From: an uncultured Dehalococcoidia bacterium
Lineage (GTDB): Bacteria > Chloroflexota > Dehalococcoidia > Lucifugimonadales > UBA3495
DNA length: 64,000 nt
Assembly: GCA_958296445.1 (NCBI GenBank)
Contig: OY282565.1
Span: forward strand, 3,869,570-3,933,569
Reading direction: 5' to 3'
Under the pieces are notes generated by a model. That model worked only from the letters and a program-made list of their open reading frames with translations, had not been told where the DNA came from and searched no databases. Below, piece after piece: positions 17,438-26,894 of this stretch; the first letter of the stretch is position 1, and every line of letters begins with the position of its first letter. The position numbers and the translations under genes were made by a program.

Positions 17438-18622
17438 CTACCGGCGCAACGGCTGGCCGCGGCGGTAGGTGGCGACGCGCCACAGCCATTCGGCCGGGCC
17501 GAAGCGGAAGCGGGACAGCCAGGCCGGCGACCACCATAGCTGCAACGCCCAAACCGCCAGGCAGAACAGCAGAATCCCGCTGCGGTTCACTTCCACCCCG
17601 CCCAGCAGGACGGTGAGTATCAGCGCCCCCAAGACGGTTTGGGACAAGTAGTTGGTCAAGGCCATCCGCCCGGCGGCCAGCAGACGGCGTTTCAGCCAGG
17701 CGCCCATCCCGTCGCATTGGTTCCACAGTATGATGAGGCTCATCAGTCCCAGCGCAGCGGGGACGGTTCCCAGCGTGTTGGGAATCTGGCCGGTAAAGGC
17801 CACTTCCCGGGAGTAGTCGCCCAAGTGGGTAATGACGACGCTGGCCGCGGCCAGGGGCAGCCCGAAACCCAGCCCAATGGCGGCGGTAAGCCGGTAAGTT
17901 CGCGCTGCCATACTGCCGTTCATAAACCCCAGGCGGTACAGCCCGGCGCCCATCAGAATCAGCCCCAACCCGCGGGCGAAGTAGCCGAGTATAGTAAGCC
18001 CGAACATCGCATCGGCCAGTTCCTGAGCGCCGGCCGCGCCCGTCCGCCACAGCATCCTAGCCGTTTCTTGACCCGGCGGCTCCCACAGCCCGGCCAGCGA
18101 CACGCCGGTGGTGTCGGCGATATATTGCATCAACAGAGAGTTGGGGATGGAAAACAGGAATATCGCCGCGCCAACGGCGATAAGCCCTTTGGCCGGAAGT
18201 TTCCGCAACACAATCAGCAGAACGGCGGAAAGGGCGTAAACCACCAGCACATCGCCGTCCCACAACAGCGAGTGCAACACGCCGATGCCCAGCAGCAAGG
18301 CGTTCCGCCACAGGTTCAGCAGGATGGGCCGCCGTTCCCGCCGCTCGGCCCGCTCGATAAACAGCAATATGCCCGCGCCGAACAGCAGGGAAAAGAGGGC
18401 CATAAACTTTTGGTCAATAAAAATCTCCCCAAAGATGCCCACGGCCCAATCCAGCCCGGTCACCGTCCCCCCGGCGCTAAGGTTCAGGTACGGCGCCAAT
18501 CCATACCTGAATGAAACGGCATTCATCAGCAGGATGCCCAGCACCGCCACGCCGCGGATAAGGTCAAGGCTGGTAATCCGCGCCGATTCCCCCACCGGCC
18601 CGGAACTCTGGATGCCGGTCAT
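17438..18622 (-). CDS. DUF418 (YeiB-like) membrane protein
   Basis: 'RITSLDLIRGVAVLGILLMN' N-terminus, multiple TM helices, and C-terminal 'FRFGPAEWLWR..TY', typical of the DUF418/YeiB family. Confidence 0.8.
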   Translation of the reverse strand: MTGIQSSGPVGESARITSLDLIRGVAVLGILLMNAVSFRYGLAPYLNLSAGGTVTGLDWAVGIFGEIFIDQKFMALFSLLFGAGILLFIERAERRERRPILLNLWRNALLLGIGVLHSLLWDGDVLVVYALSAVLLIVLRKLPAKGLIAVGAAIFLFSIPNSLLMQYIADTTGVSLAGLWEPPGQETARMLWRTGAAGAQELADAMFGLTILGYFARGLGLILMGAGLYRLGFMNGSMAARTYRLTAAIGLGFGLPLAAASVVITHLGDYSREVAFTGQIPNTLGTVPAALGLMSLIILWNQCDGMGAWLKRRLLAAGRMALTNYLSQTVLGALILTVLLGGVEVNRSGILLFCLAVWALQLWWSPAWLSRFRFGPAEWLWRVATYRRGQPLRR

Positions 18623-18676
18623 AGCTGACGCATCTCCTCTATTCCTCCGCCATTCCCGCCACCCTTACGAACCCCC

Positions 18677-18722
18677 GTCATTCCCGCGAAGGCGGGAATC
18701 CAGAGGGCCTCGCGGGAATGAT
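18677..18722. repeat. Palindromic repeat, family C (gtcattcccgcgaaggcgggaatcc)
   Basis: gtcattcccgcgaaggcgggaatc ... cgcgggaatgat forms an inverted repeat. The same motif recurs at 21705 and 56432/56500. Confidence 0.85.
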
Positions 18723-18756
18723 GGCACTTCGAGGATCAGAAGCGCAGGAACAGCGG

Positions 18757-19911
18757 CTAGGGCGTGGCCGCAGGCGGCGTTATCCGCACTTGGCGCGGGT
18801 CATAGCCAGCCAGCTCCACGAACCCCCAGCCGCTTACGGGCTGACCGCCGCGCTCCCCGGCGACCGACACCGCGCCCTCCCAGTAGGCTACCCCCAGGAT
18901 GCCGCTATCGAACTCCGCTTGACGGATGTAGGGGGTCAACTCCAGCTCCAGTTCCAGCGGGCCGGTTTCCAGCCGCCAGCCCATAGGGTAGGCAACGCCG
19001 GTTTCCGGGCTGTCCCACTGACCTTGCGCGGTTATCGTAAGGTTGCTACTCTCAACATAAGTGACGCCGCCGCCGGGGGCCACGTAGGTGCCATGCCCGG
19101 CCAGCCGCCGCCGCCCGCCGCTTTCCCCGGGCTGCCACACCACCGCGGCCATCAAGTCCGCGCCGTCGTCGAGCTGGATGCTGGCCCAGTCCCAGCCGAC
19201 GCGCCCACCGGCAATCTCGCCCCATTGATGATCCATCCAGCCGGGGCCGCGCACCGGGCGGCGTCCGGCGGCATCCTCAATCCAGCCGGTAACGTCGAGT
19301 CTGGTGCGGGAATAGTAATACGTGGAACCGGCGCCGGGCCCCATATCCACCAGCCCGGAGCCCCCGTGCAGCGTCGGCGGACGCCGGGGAACCGCCCGCA
19401 GCTCCAGCGTTGTTCCGCCGTCGCCGTCGCCGACACTGAACCGCAGTTGATAGCCGCCGCCATCGCCGCGCATCACCCAGCCGCTGGTCGCCACGTCCAC
19501 GCCGCGGGCGTCGGGGCGTTCCGGGGCCAGCATCCCCCTTTCCGCCGCGTAATGAACGCCCCGCCCGTGGTCGCCCAGGCTGGCCTGCAACAAGTGCGGC
19601 GTAACCCCGGGCGCGCCCGGCGACTGAAAAGTTACGAAGTGATAGCTGTACTCGCCGTCAGCCCCGTCCCGCAGCATCCCGTTGAAATACCACCACTCGA
19701 CAGGCGCGTTATGCGGCGCTTCATCGCCCGGCAGGAAAATCAGCGGCGCAGGCGTGGGAGTGGGCGTTGGAACCGGCGTTGCCGTAGGCGGGGGTATCAG
19801 CGTAGACGTCGGCGCCGCCGCGGGCCTAGACTCCGCAACACAGCCCGCGGCCAGCACAACGGCAACAACGATTAGTGGCAGAATGGCGGGCCGGGCAAAT
19901 TTCAAGGACAT
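18757..19911 (-). CDS. Secreted lipoprotein, CrtC/AttH-like (lipocalin-like hydratase fold)
   Basis: Start at MSLKFARPAIL (ATG 19911), lipobox 'LAAGC', Pro/Thr linker, then 'HNAPVEWWYFNG', 'YYYSRTRL', 'GWMDHQWG', typical of the hydroxyneurosporene-synthase-like/AttH family. Confidence 0.65.
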   Translation of the reverse strand: MSLKFARPAILPLIVVAVVLAAGCVAESRPAAAPTSTLIPPPTATPVPTPTPTPAPLIFLPGDEAPHNAPVEWWYFNGMLRDGADGEYSYHFVTFQSPGAPGVTPHLLQASLGDHGRGVHYAAERGMLAPERPDARGVDVATSGWVMRGDGGGYQLRFSVGDGDGGTTLELRAVPRRPPTLHGGSGLVDMGPGAGSTYYYSRTRLDVTGWIEDAAGRRPVRGPGWMDHQWGEIAGGRVGWDWASIQLDDGADLMAAVVWQPGESGGRRRLAGHGTYVAPGGGVTYVESSNLTITAQGQWDSPETGVAYPMGWRLETGPLELELELTPYIRQAEFDSGILGVAYWEGAVSVAGERGGQPVSGWGFVELAGYDPRQVRITPPAATP

Positions 19912-20084
19912 CAATTGCGTTCCAGACAACGACGGCAACACCGGCGGGATGCTGTGATATATTAAGCCAACGCCGCACACTATCATACCCGAATCAGGCG
20001 CAACCGAACCCACATAAAGCAAGGCGCGGCCCGGGATTCCCGTCGGCGCGGGAACGGGGGCGGGCGCCGGAGAAGGCAGGCATT

Positions 20085-20507
20085 ATGGCGAAACTTACCG
20101 TCGCAGAGATAGACGCATTTCTGGCCCAGCCCCGGACGGCCCAACTGGTCACCCTGCGGGCGTCGGGAACGCCCCACGTCGCGCCGGTATGGTTCCTGTG
20201 GGACGCCGGCCGCGCGCTGGTTATGGCCGACGCCGGCGCGGTGAAAGTTCGCAACATCCGCAGCAACCCGGCCGTCGCCCTCTGCGTCACCACCCCCGAC
20301 CACCCCTACTCCTACGTCACCATCGAGGGCCGGGCCGACGTCACCAACGACGGGTTGGCGGCAATGGCGCACCAGATATGCACGCTCTACGAGGGCCCGG
20401 AGCGCGGCCCGGAATTCGCCCGCGAGCTGCTGGATGACGGCCGGATGGTGCTAATCGCCATCACCGTTGACCGCATCGTCTCTTGGAAAGAAGATCCTGC
20501 CGGTTAA
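20085..20507 (+). CDS. Pyridoxamine 5'-phosphate oxidase family (PPOX-class, probably F420/FMN-binding) protein
   Basis: 'AQLVTLRASGTPHVAPVWFLWD', 'NIRSNPAVALCV', start at ATG 20085 (MAKLTVAEIDAFL). Confidence 0.8.
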   Translation: MAKLTVAEIDAFLAQPRTAQLVTLRASGTPHVAPVWFLWDAGRALVMADAGAVKVRNIRSNPAVALCVTTPDHPYSYVTIEGRADVTNDGLAAMAHQICTLYEGPERGPEFARELLDDGRMVLIAITVDRIVSWKEDPAG

Positions 20508-20564
20508 GCCCGCTTCCCTAGTAAAGACAACGCCTCAAGCTCCCTCTCCCTTACTAGGAAAAGG

Positions 20565-21257
20565 TTAGGGCGAGGAAATTTCCCGGGGCGGCAACACGGC
20601 GGACATCCATGCCACCAAGTCGCGGATTACTTCGCCGCTGATTTCGTGGCCCATATCGTAGACGTGAAACTCCGGGGCGTAACCGGCGTTTTCGAGGTAA
20701 TCTTTCGCGGCGTAGGCCGTGGATTCGGCAATCATCTGGTCATAACGCCCGTGGGCCACAAAAATCGGCTGGCTGCGCTCGGCGGGCAGGCGGTGGTCCA
20801 GCTCGTCGGCCCCCGGCAGCGTGGCGCTCAGCGCGGCCAGCCCGGCGAAAGTATCGGCCCGGCCCAGCCCGCAGCGGTAAGTCATTCCGCCGCCTTGAGA
20901 AAAGCCCAGCAACAGGCAGTTGCCCGGTTCGACCTTGAACCGCGCCAGTGCTTCATCGAAAAACCCCGCCAGCAGCGCCTCCGAGTTGGCGATTTCCTCC
21001 GGCGTAGAGCCGCCCCTAGGCGTCATCCAGCCGAAACCGGCGTGTCCCAGCCCCAGGTTGAATGGGATGGGGGCGTTGGGGCAGGCATAGACGTAGCCGG
21101 TAGAATTGATGGCCGGCGCCAGCCCCGCCAAATCGTGCATATTGGCCCCAAAGCCGTGAAGCATTATCACCAGCGGATAGGACGCCTCCGGGTCATAGCC
21201 ATCGGGCGTCACCGTCAAATACTTCAGCCCCGCCCCGTCGTGAATCTCGCCTTTCAT
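20565..21257 (-). CDS. Alpha/beta hydrolase, phospholipase/carboxylesterase family
   Basis: 'PLVIMLHGFGAN', nucleophile elbow 'GFSQGG', C-terminal 'GHEI'. Start at MKGEIH (ATG 21257). Confidence 0.8.
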   Translation of the reverse strand: MKGEIHDGAGLKYLTVTPDGYDPEASYPLVIMLHGFGANMHDLAGLAPAINSTGYVYACPNAPIPFNLGLGHAGFGWMTPRGGSTPEEIANSEALLAGFFDEALARFKVEPGNCLLLGFSQGGGMTYRCGLGRADTFAGLAALSATLPGADELDHRLPAERSQPIFVAHGRYDQMIAESTAYAAKDYLENAGYAPEFHVYDMGHEISGEVIRDLVAWMSAVLPPREISSP

Positions 21258-21352
21258 TCCGTCCCTTGCCGTTCTGTTTATGCTGCCATAGTAACACTGT
21301 GACGCCCGAATAGTAGTGTACAATCCCCCCAAACCGGCAACGGAGCGAAACT

Positions 21353-21688
21353 TTGACCGTTATCTACCACCTCACCACGCCGGACGCCTGGCACGAGGGG
21401 CAAGCGTCCGGCGAATACGAAGCCCCCAGCCTAGCCGCCGAGGGGTTCATCCACTGCTCCGGTGACGAAGCGCAGACGCTGCGGGTCGCCGAGCGGCTGT
21501 ACCCCGGCCAACCCGGGCTAATAACGCTGGACGTAGACACCACCCGACTCAAGGCCGAAGTGAAGCGCGAACCCAGCCGCTCCGGGGAAATCTACCCCCA
21601 CATCTACGGACGAATAAACCTCGACGCCGTTATTCGCATACGCCCCCTCACCCTAGACGCCGACGGCCGCTACCAACTGCCGCCATAA
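21353..21688 (+). CDS. DUF952 domain protein
   Basis: 'IYHLTTPDAW...EGFIHCS...YPHIYGRINLDAV' is the characteristic DUF952 pattern. TTG start. Confidence 0.75.
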   Translation: MTVIYHLTTPDAWHEGQASGEYEAPSLAAEGFIHCSGDEAQTLRVAERLYPGQPGLITLDVDTTRLKAEVKREPSRSGEIYPHIYGRINLDAVIRIRPLTLDADGRYQLPP

Positions 21689-21704
21689 ACCGCCCTGCAT
21701 ACCC

Positions 21705-21729
21705 GTCATTCCCGCGAAGGCGGGAATCC
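21705..21729. repeat. Family C repeat half-site
   Basis: gtcattcccgcgaaggcgggaatcc, nearly identical to the copy at 18677 (its first 24 nt are the same). Confidence 0.8.
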
Positions 21730-21765
21730 ACGGCAAATATCAACACGCCCCAAGGAATTACAGCT

Positions 21766-22716
21766 ATGAGCGAAAGGCCGGGCGGCGGCTCCGCCGACTA
21801 TTCGGAAAGCGAATTAGCGGCGGTGCGGCGGGCCATCGCGCCGCCCCCGCCTGCGCCGCCGGAAACCGTATGGGCGCGGGAATCGCCCCCGGAATGGATG
21901 CGGCCCTTCTGGAAGCTGGCCGGACTGGAGCCTGGGCTGTTTCGTCGCTTGGCCGCCGACCCGTGGGTAGAATCGCTATCGCTGTACGCCTTCTTTCCGC
22001 CGGTTATGGGCTGGCGAGAGGCCGGACGGGCCATCCCCGACTTGCGGATTACCGGACGCACTCGCGGCCCGGCGGCCATCCTGCGCTCCGGCGGCGATGC
22101 CATCGTCATTAAGCCCTATCAGAACACGCGGGAAAATGAAATCGCCCGCGTCGCCGCCGCCGTGAACGCTGGCCCGGCGCAGTTGCCGTCACTGCCCGGC
22201 TACTTGACCGAGCGGTTCGCCAATGGCGCGTTTTTCACCGATTTGCCCCCGGAACGGCGCAACGACGCCACTATGCGGGCCGTCGGCCTGGCCCTAGGCG
22301 GGATGCTGCGGCGACTCCACGACGCCGGAGTCTACTACAACGACGCCACCCTCGCCGCCCCCGAGGGCCGCTCCCACCTCATCGTAGCCGATGATGGCTC
22401 CTGCACCCTCATAGATTTCGGCGTATCGCTGCTGCTGTCCCGCCACCCGAACTATACCCGCGAGGAAGTCCACAACTTCGCGCGGACGCTGCCGATGTAC
22501 CGGGTGTTCGCCGGAATGGCGGAGAACCGGGCCGAAATGGACGACTTTCTTGCCGAGTACCGCCGCAGAATAGCCCAAGCCAGCCGCGAGGACATTCTGG
22601 CCCGAGACCTGAAGTTTGCCCAGCAGGGGCTATCCATCGCCGCCCGCCGGATGGGGGAAAACATCATCGCGCCACTGCGCGACGGGTTCCTGGAAGCCTA
22701 CCGGCCCGCGGCCTAG
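21766..22716 (+). CDS. Protein-kinase-like fold protein (RIO/Kdo-kinase-like), catalytic loop atypical
   Basis: 'AIVIKPY...E', 'LRRLHDAGVYYNDATL...LIDFG' resembles small atypical kinases, but the usual HxD is replaced by YND. Weak call. Confidence 0.45.
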   Translation: MSERPGGGSADYSESELAAVRRAIAPPPPAPPETVWARESPPEWMRPFWKLAGLEPGLFRRLAADPWVESLSLYAFFPPVMGWREAGRAIPDLRITGRTRGPAAILRSGGDAIVIKPYQNTRENEIARVAAAVNAGPAQLPSLPGYLTERFANGAFFTDLPPERRNDATMRAVGLALGGMLRRLHDAGVYYNDATLAAPEGRSHLIVADDGSCTLIDFGVSLLLSRHPNYTREEVHNFARTLPMYRVFAGMAENRAEMDDFLAEYRRRIAQASREDILARDLKFAQQGLSIAARRMGENIIAPLRDGFLEAYRPAA

Positions 22717-22744
22717 CGAATGGCAAAGGGCATCCCCCTACCTC

Positions 22745-23089
22745 CTATCTATCGAGGGAAAATCGCGCCCGCCCGTCGGAATCATGGGTATGGTCGGCCA
22801 CGTTAGCCCTGATTTCCGGTATATCATCCGCAAGCCTTTCCAGAATATCAAGGATAGCCCGCTGCCCTTCTTGAAGCTGCTCGACGTCGGACTGTAGCTG
22901 TCCGACATCAGACTGTAGTTGCCCAACGTCGGACTGCATCTGCCGGACGTCGTCTTGCAGGCGGCCGACGTCGGAATCCAATCGGGCCAGCCAGAAAATC
23001 CCGCCTATGCTGGGCCCAATGATAGCGGACGCGACGATAACCACAGCCGACGCGATGACGGCTATTTTGGCCCAGCGCTCAAGCATCAT
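22745..23089 (-). CDS. Small membrane-anchored coiled-coil protein with C-terminal HxHDxDG motif
   Basis: N-terminal TM 'IAVIASAVVIVASAIIGPSIGGIFW', heptad repeats 'SDVGQLQ' x3, tail 'ADHTHDSDGRARF'. Paralog at 59252..59668. Confidence 0.6.
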   Translation of the reverse strand: MMLERWAKIAVIASAVVIVASAIIGPSIGGIFWLARLDSDVGRLQDDVRQMQSDVGQLQSDVGQLQSDVEQLQEGQRAILDILERLADDIPEIRANVADHTHDSDGRARFSLDR

Positions 23090-23226
23090 TCATCTCCATT
23101 TCACCCTGCTTCAATTATGAAGCTATTGTTGCAATACCGCAATGACTTGGGGCGGAAAACGGCTAGGGACAGGCGTGAAACCTGCCCCTGTGATTACCCT
23201 GGCCCTACCGGGATGGATAAGGAACG

Positions 23227-24042
23227 TTACCGCAAAGTCTTGATGTACTCGATAATGGAGTCTATCTCCTCGTCGGTTACGCCCAGCACCGGCATCAGCT
23301 CGCCGAAGCCCTGCACCAGCTTGAGGTTCGGTTCCAGGATGGACTCCCGGATATAATCATCGTCCACGGTGGCGGAGCCGCCGTCCTCCAGCGCCTCCGA
23401 ACTGCCGTAAATTCCCTGCCAGGAAGGGCCGACCAGCACCGTGCCATCGGTGGAATGGCAGGCGACGCAGCCGTAATCAAGCACCAGTTGCTCCCCTCTG
23501 GCCGCCGAGGGTGGGCCGCCCGCGGCGGCGCCACTGGCAGCGACGGGCGCCGGGGCGCTGATGGCTAAGGCCGCCAGAGTAGGCGCCGGTGTCGAAGTCG
23601 GCTGAGGTGTCGGCGTTGGGCAGACATTATCCATCTTGTCGTGGTCAAAGGCGCAGGGCGCCGCCACAGTGTTGGCGGCTCGAACATCGCCCCCTCCCGC
23701 CGGCCGGATAGCGGTGAACAGCCCAATCAGGGCCAGCCCCACCATCACCGCTAGGGCCATCCCCGCTATGAACACCCAGAAGAATAACTTGTTGTCGAAC
23801 TTCAGGTGCATATAGAACAGGATGACGATGGCGAACTTGATGCCGGACAGCAGGAACAGCAGTATGGTGGTGGCCGGCTCTCCCAAGGCGTCGGCTATCA
23901 CCTTTTCCCTTGGGCCGGGCATATCCATAATGATGATGAACTCGACGATGGTGATGGCGAACAGCAGTACGGCGATAAAAACGTACTGCATGAACGTGGG
24001 ATGGTGTCCGCCGCCGTGTTCAGTTTCGTGAGTTGTTGCCAT
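23227..24042 (-). CDS. ctaF: Cytochrome c oxidase subunit IV (CtaF/COX4_pro-like) fused to a C-terminal mono-haem cytochrome c domain
   Basis: N-terminal half: 3 TM helices with 'ILFYMHLKFD' (prokaryotic subunit IV signature). Pro/Thr/Ala linker. C-terminal 'CVACHS' haem-binding CxxCH and a 'M' ligand region. Start ATG 24042 (MATTHETEHGG). Confidence 0.75.
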   Translation of the reverse strand: MATTHETEHGGGHHPTFMQYVFIAVLLFAITIVEFIIIMDMPGPREKVIADALGEPATTILLFLLSGIKFAIVILFYMHLKFDNKLFFWVFIAGMALAVMVGLALIGLFTAIRPAGGGDVRAANTVAAPCAFDHDKMDNVCPTPTPQPTSTPAPTLAALAISAPAPVAASGAAAGGPPSAARGEQLVLDYGCVACHSTDGTVLVGPSWQGIYGSSEALEDGGSATVDDDYIRESILEPNLKLVQGFGELMPVLGVTDEEIDSIIEYIKTLR

Positions 24043-24150
24043 CGGGAGCGTTCTCCAGGTCTTGCGCAACAGGTATTGACAGGGAAGCCGGGTCAGAAAT
24101 TACCGGATTGTTGACGGGCGGCCCCCTGTGTCCGCCCGCAGTGTGTCCGC

Positions 24151-24867
24151 TCAGTGTTCTCCGCCAAGAATCGCCGGGCCGGCGTCGAACCCGCCCACCA
24201 GATACAGCAGCGTGAAAATGACAATCCAAACGATGTCCACGAAGTGCCAGTACAGACCGCAAAGCTCTACATCCAGCGCAGTATCGGGGCGGATGCGGCC
24301 CTTGAACGACAGAATCCACAACGACACCAGCCAGATGATTCCCAGGGTCACGTGGGCGCCGTGGAACCCGGTCAGCGTGAAAAAGGTGGCCCCAAACAGG
24401 TTCTGGCCCAGAGTAAGCCCTTCGTTCTTGAACAGGTTGAACTCGTAGACCTGAAAGCCAATGAATATGCCACCGAGGATAGCCGTCGCCAGCAGCCAGA
24501 TTTTAATGCCCCGCTGGTCGTTGTTGTTGGTGGCGGACAGCGCCTGCACCATAGCGAAGCTGCTACACAGCAACACGAAGGTGCTGATGGTCGTTATTGG
24601 GATGTCAATGATGTCTGCGGGATAGGGCCCGGTCAGGCTCTGCCCCCGGTAGACCATATAGGTGGCGATCAGCGAGCCGAAAAACAGGCAGTCCGACCCC
24701 AGAAACACCCACATCAGCATCTTCCGGTGGTTGAGGCCGGTGGTGGTGTAATCATGGCCGACCGAGCCGGAGTGTTCCCCGTGTCCCGTCCCGCCGTGGC
24801 GCGGCTGCGCCTCCCCGTGGGCCGGGTGAGCCGGTTCGTGATGGGCCGTTTCAGGTGCGTGGGCCAA
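24151..24867 (-). CDS. ctaE: Cytochrome c oxidase subunit III
   Basis: 'MWVFLGSDCLFFGSLI', 'FHGAHVTLG', 'YWHFVDIVW' are the haem-copper oxidase subunit III motifs. Confidence 0.9.
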   Translation of the reverse strand: MAHAPETAHHEPAHPAHGEAQPRHGGTGHGEHSGSVGHDYTTTGLNHRKMLMWVFLGSDCLFFGSLIATYMVYRGQSLTGPYPADIIDIPITTISTFVLLCSSFAMVQALSATNNNDQRGIKIWLLATAILGGIFIGFQVYEFNLFKNEGLTLGQNLFGATFFTLTGFHGAHVTLGIIWLVSLWILSFKGRIRPDTALDVELCGLYWHFVDIVWIVIFTLLYLVGGFDAGPAILGGEH

Positions 24868-24964
24868 AGTCCCCGTCTCCTATTCCGTATGCCTCCGCCC
24901 TAGTCCTCCCCCTCAGTAGGGAGGGAACAGAGCAGCTTGTTGTCTTTCCCCCGCGCAGGATAGC

Positions 24965-26806
24965 TTAGTGGCCTTCCTCAGGCGCGGATGCCGGTTCGTT
25001 GCTCCAGCCGATGACGCCAATGAATGCAATCAGCCCGCCCAAGAAGCTGACGCCGTAGTGCGACAGCAGGCCGCCGCCAATCAGTCCCACGCCCGCGGCG
25101 GTGATGATGGGCCAGTACGACGGGCTGGGCATATGTATGGTGCTGGGATCAACCGCCGGTTCCGGTTCCGTGATCGGGTTGCCGGCCTCGCGGGCCAAGT
25201 CCTTCTCAATCCAATAGTGGTCGCGCCCCTTGATGTGCGGCACTTCAGCGAAATTGTAAGCCGGCGGCGGCGACGCAATGCTCCACTCCACCCCCGGGGC
25301 GTCCCAAGGGTCGTGGCTCACCCGGCGGGCGTTGCGGTTCTGCCAGATGTTGTAAACGAACACCAGGACGCCGATAAAAATGATGAAGTAGCCGACGGTG
25401 GACAACAGATTGAGGGTGCCCCAGCCGAATTCCTCGGCGTAGGTGTAAATCCGGCGCGGCATTCCGTTCAGCCCCACAAAGTGCATGGGGAAGAAAGTCA
25501 CGTTCATTCCGATGAACACCAGCCAGAAATTCAGCTTGCCCAGCTTTTCGTTCAGCATCTTGCCGGTCAGCTTGGGCCACCAGTAATAGATACCGGCGAA
25601 AATGCCCATAATCGAGCCGCCGAACAGCACATAGTGGATATGGGCGACGATGTAGTAAGTATCCTGCTGCTGGAAGTCCGACGGCGAAACCGCGTGCGAC
25701 ACGCCGCTCAACCCGCCGATGATGAACAGGAACACGAACCCCAGGGCGTACAGCATCGCCGTGGTAAGCTCAATGCTGCCTTTCCACAGCGTCCCCAGCC
25801 AGTTGAATATCTTGACCCCGGTAGGCACCGCGATAAGCATAGTGGTGATGGTGAACACCGAGTTGGCGATCGGCCCCAGCCCCACGGTGAACATATGGTG
25901 GCTCCACACCGCCCACCCCATAATGCCGATGACGATGCCGGAAAAAATCACGAAGGGGTAGCCGAACAGCGGCTTGCGGGAAAACGTCGGCAGAATCTCC
26001 GACACAATCCCCATAGGCGGCAGGATGAGGATGTACACCTCAGGATGCCCGAACACCCAGAACAAATGCTGCCACAGAATCGGGTCGCCGCCCCCCGTGG
26101 GGTTAAAGAAATGCGTCCCGAAGTTCCGGTCCATCACCAGCTCAATCAGGCCCACGGTAATGACCGGCATAGCCAGAATCAGCAGGATGGACGTTATCAG
26201 CGTCATCCACACGAACACCGGCATTCGCATCAGCGACATACCCGGCGCCCGCAGGTTAATGATGGTCACCACGAAGTTAAGGCCGCCCGCCACCGACGAG
26301 GTTCCCAGCACCAGCAGGCCAATGGCCCAGAAGTCCAGCCCCATATTCTCGCTGAACGGGTACTCCGTCAGGTTGGCGTAGGAAAACCACCCGGCGTCCG
26401 GCACCTGGTCAACGATGAAGCTGAAGTGCATCAGAATCGCGCCAAACAGGAAAATCCAGTAAGACAGCGCGTTAAGGCGGGGAAAGGCCACGTCGCGGGC
26501 CCCGATAGCCAGCGGCACCACAAAGTTAAAGAATGCGACCCCCATCGGCATAATGACCATAAAGATCATCACCGTGGCATGCATCGTGAACATCTGATTG
26601 AACCGGCCCGGCCCTATCAGGTCGGTGTCGGGCGTGGCGAGCTGCGTCCGTAAGACGCCCGCCTCAATGCCGGAAAGCAGCATAAAGACAAAAGCGGTTG
26701 CGCCATACATCACGCCGATGCGCTTATGGTCAACCGTGGTTATCCAGCTCCACAAGCCGGAGGCGCCGTATGTCGGGCGGGCCAATACCTCGGTTATCGT
26801 TGCCAT
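24965..26806 (-). CDS. ctaD: Cytochrome c oxidase subunit I
   Basis: 'TTVDHKRIGVMY', 'WFFGHPEVYILILP'-type motif (here 'WVFGHPEVYILILPPMG'), 'HHMFTVG', 'VAHIHYV' (the text reads VAHIHYVLFGG). Confidence 0.95.
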   Translation of the reverse strand: MATITEVLARPTYGASGLWSWITTVDHKRIGVMYGATAFVFMLLSGIEAGVLRTQLATPDTDLIGPGRFNQMFTMHATVMIFMVIMPMGVAFFNFVVPLAIGARDVAFPRLNALSYWIFLFGAILMHFSFIVDQVPDAGWFSYANLTEYPFSENMGLDFWAIGLLVLGTSSVAGGLNFVVTIINLRAPGMSLMRMPVFVWMTLITSILLILAMPVITVGLIELVMDRNFGTHFFNPTGGGDPILWQHLFWVFGHPEVYILILPPMGIVSEILPTFSRKPLFGYPFVIFSGIVIGIMGWAVWSHHMFTVGLGPIANSVFTITTMLIAVPTGVKIFNWLGTLWKGSIELTTAMLYALGFVFLFIIGGLSGVSHAVSPSDFQQQDTYYIVAHIHYVLFGGSIMGIFAGIYYWWPKLTGKMLNEKLGKLNFWLVFIGMNVTFFPMHFVGLNGMPRRIYTYAEEFGWGTLNLLSTVGYFIIFIGVLVFVYNIWQNRNARRVSHDPWDAPGVEWSIASPPPAYNFAEVPHIKGRDHYWIEKDLAREAGNPITEPEPAVDPSTIHMPSPSYWPIITAAGVGLIGGGLLSHYGVSFLGGLIAFIGVIGWSNEPASAPEEGH

Positions 26807-26894
26807 CGCTTGCCATCCACCCCCGCACTGCCCGTCCCATCAAGGGCGGAAACCGCAGGGCGGGAACATCATCCTCTATTGTTAGGCGTTCAGT

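Noticed and set aside
16152-18050. 632-aa track ORF as a single protein
   Set aside because: Its upstream part overlaps the DUF418 membrane-protein gene in another frame and is Arg/Pro/Gly-rich. A clean ATG at 17351 with a plausible N-terminus (MSSISNSADFLRLL) begins the real 399-aa protein.
24968-26653. Plus-strand 561-aa ORF
   Set aside because: It is antisense to ctaD (unambiguous subunit I motifs on the minus strand) and has low-complexity, Arg/His-rich composition.
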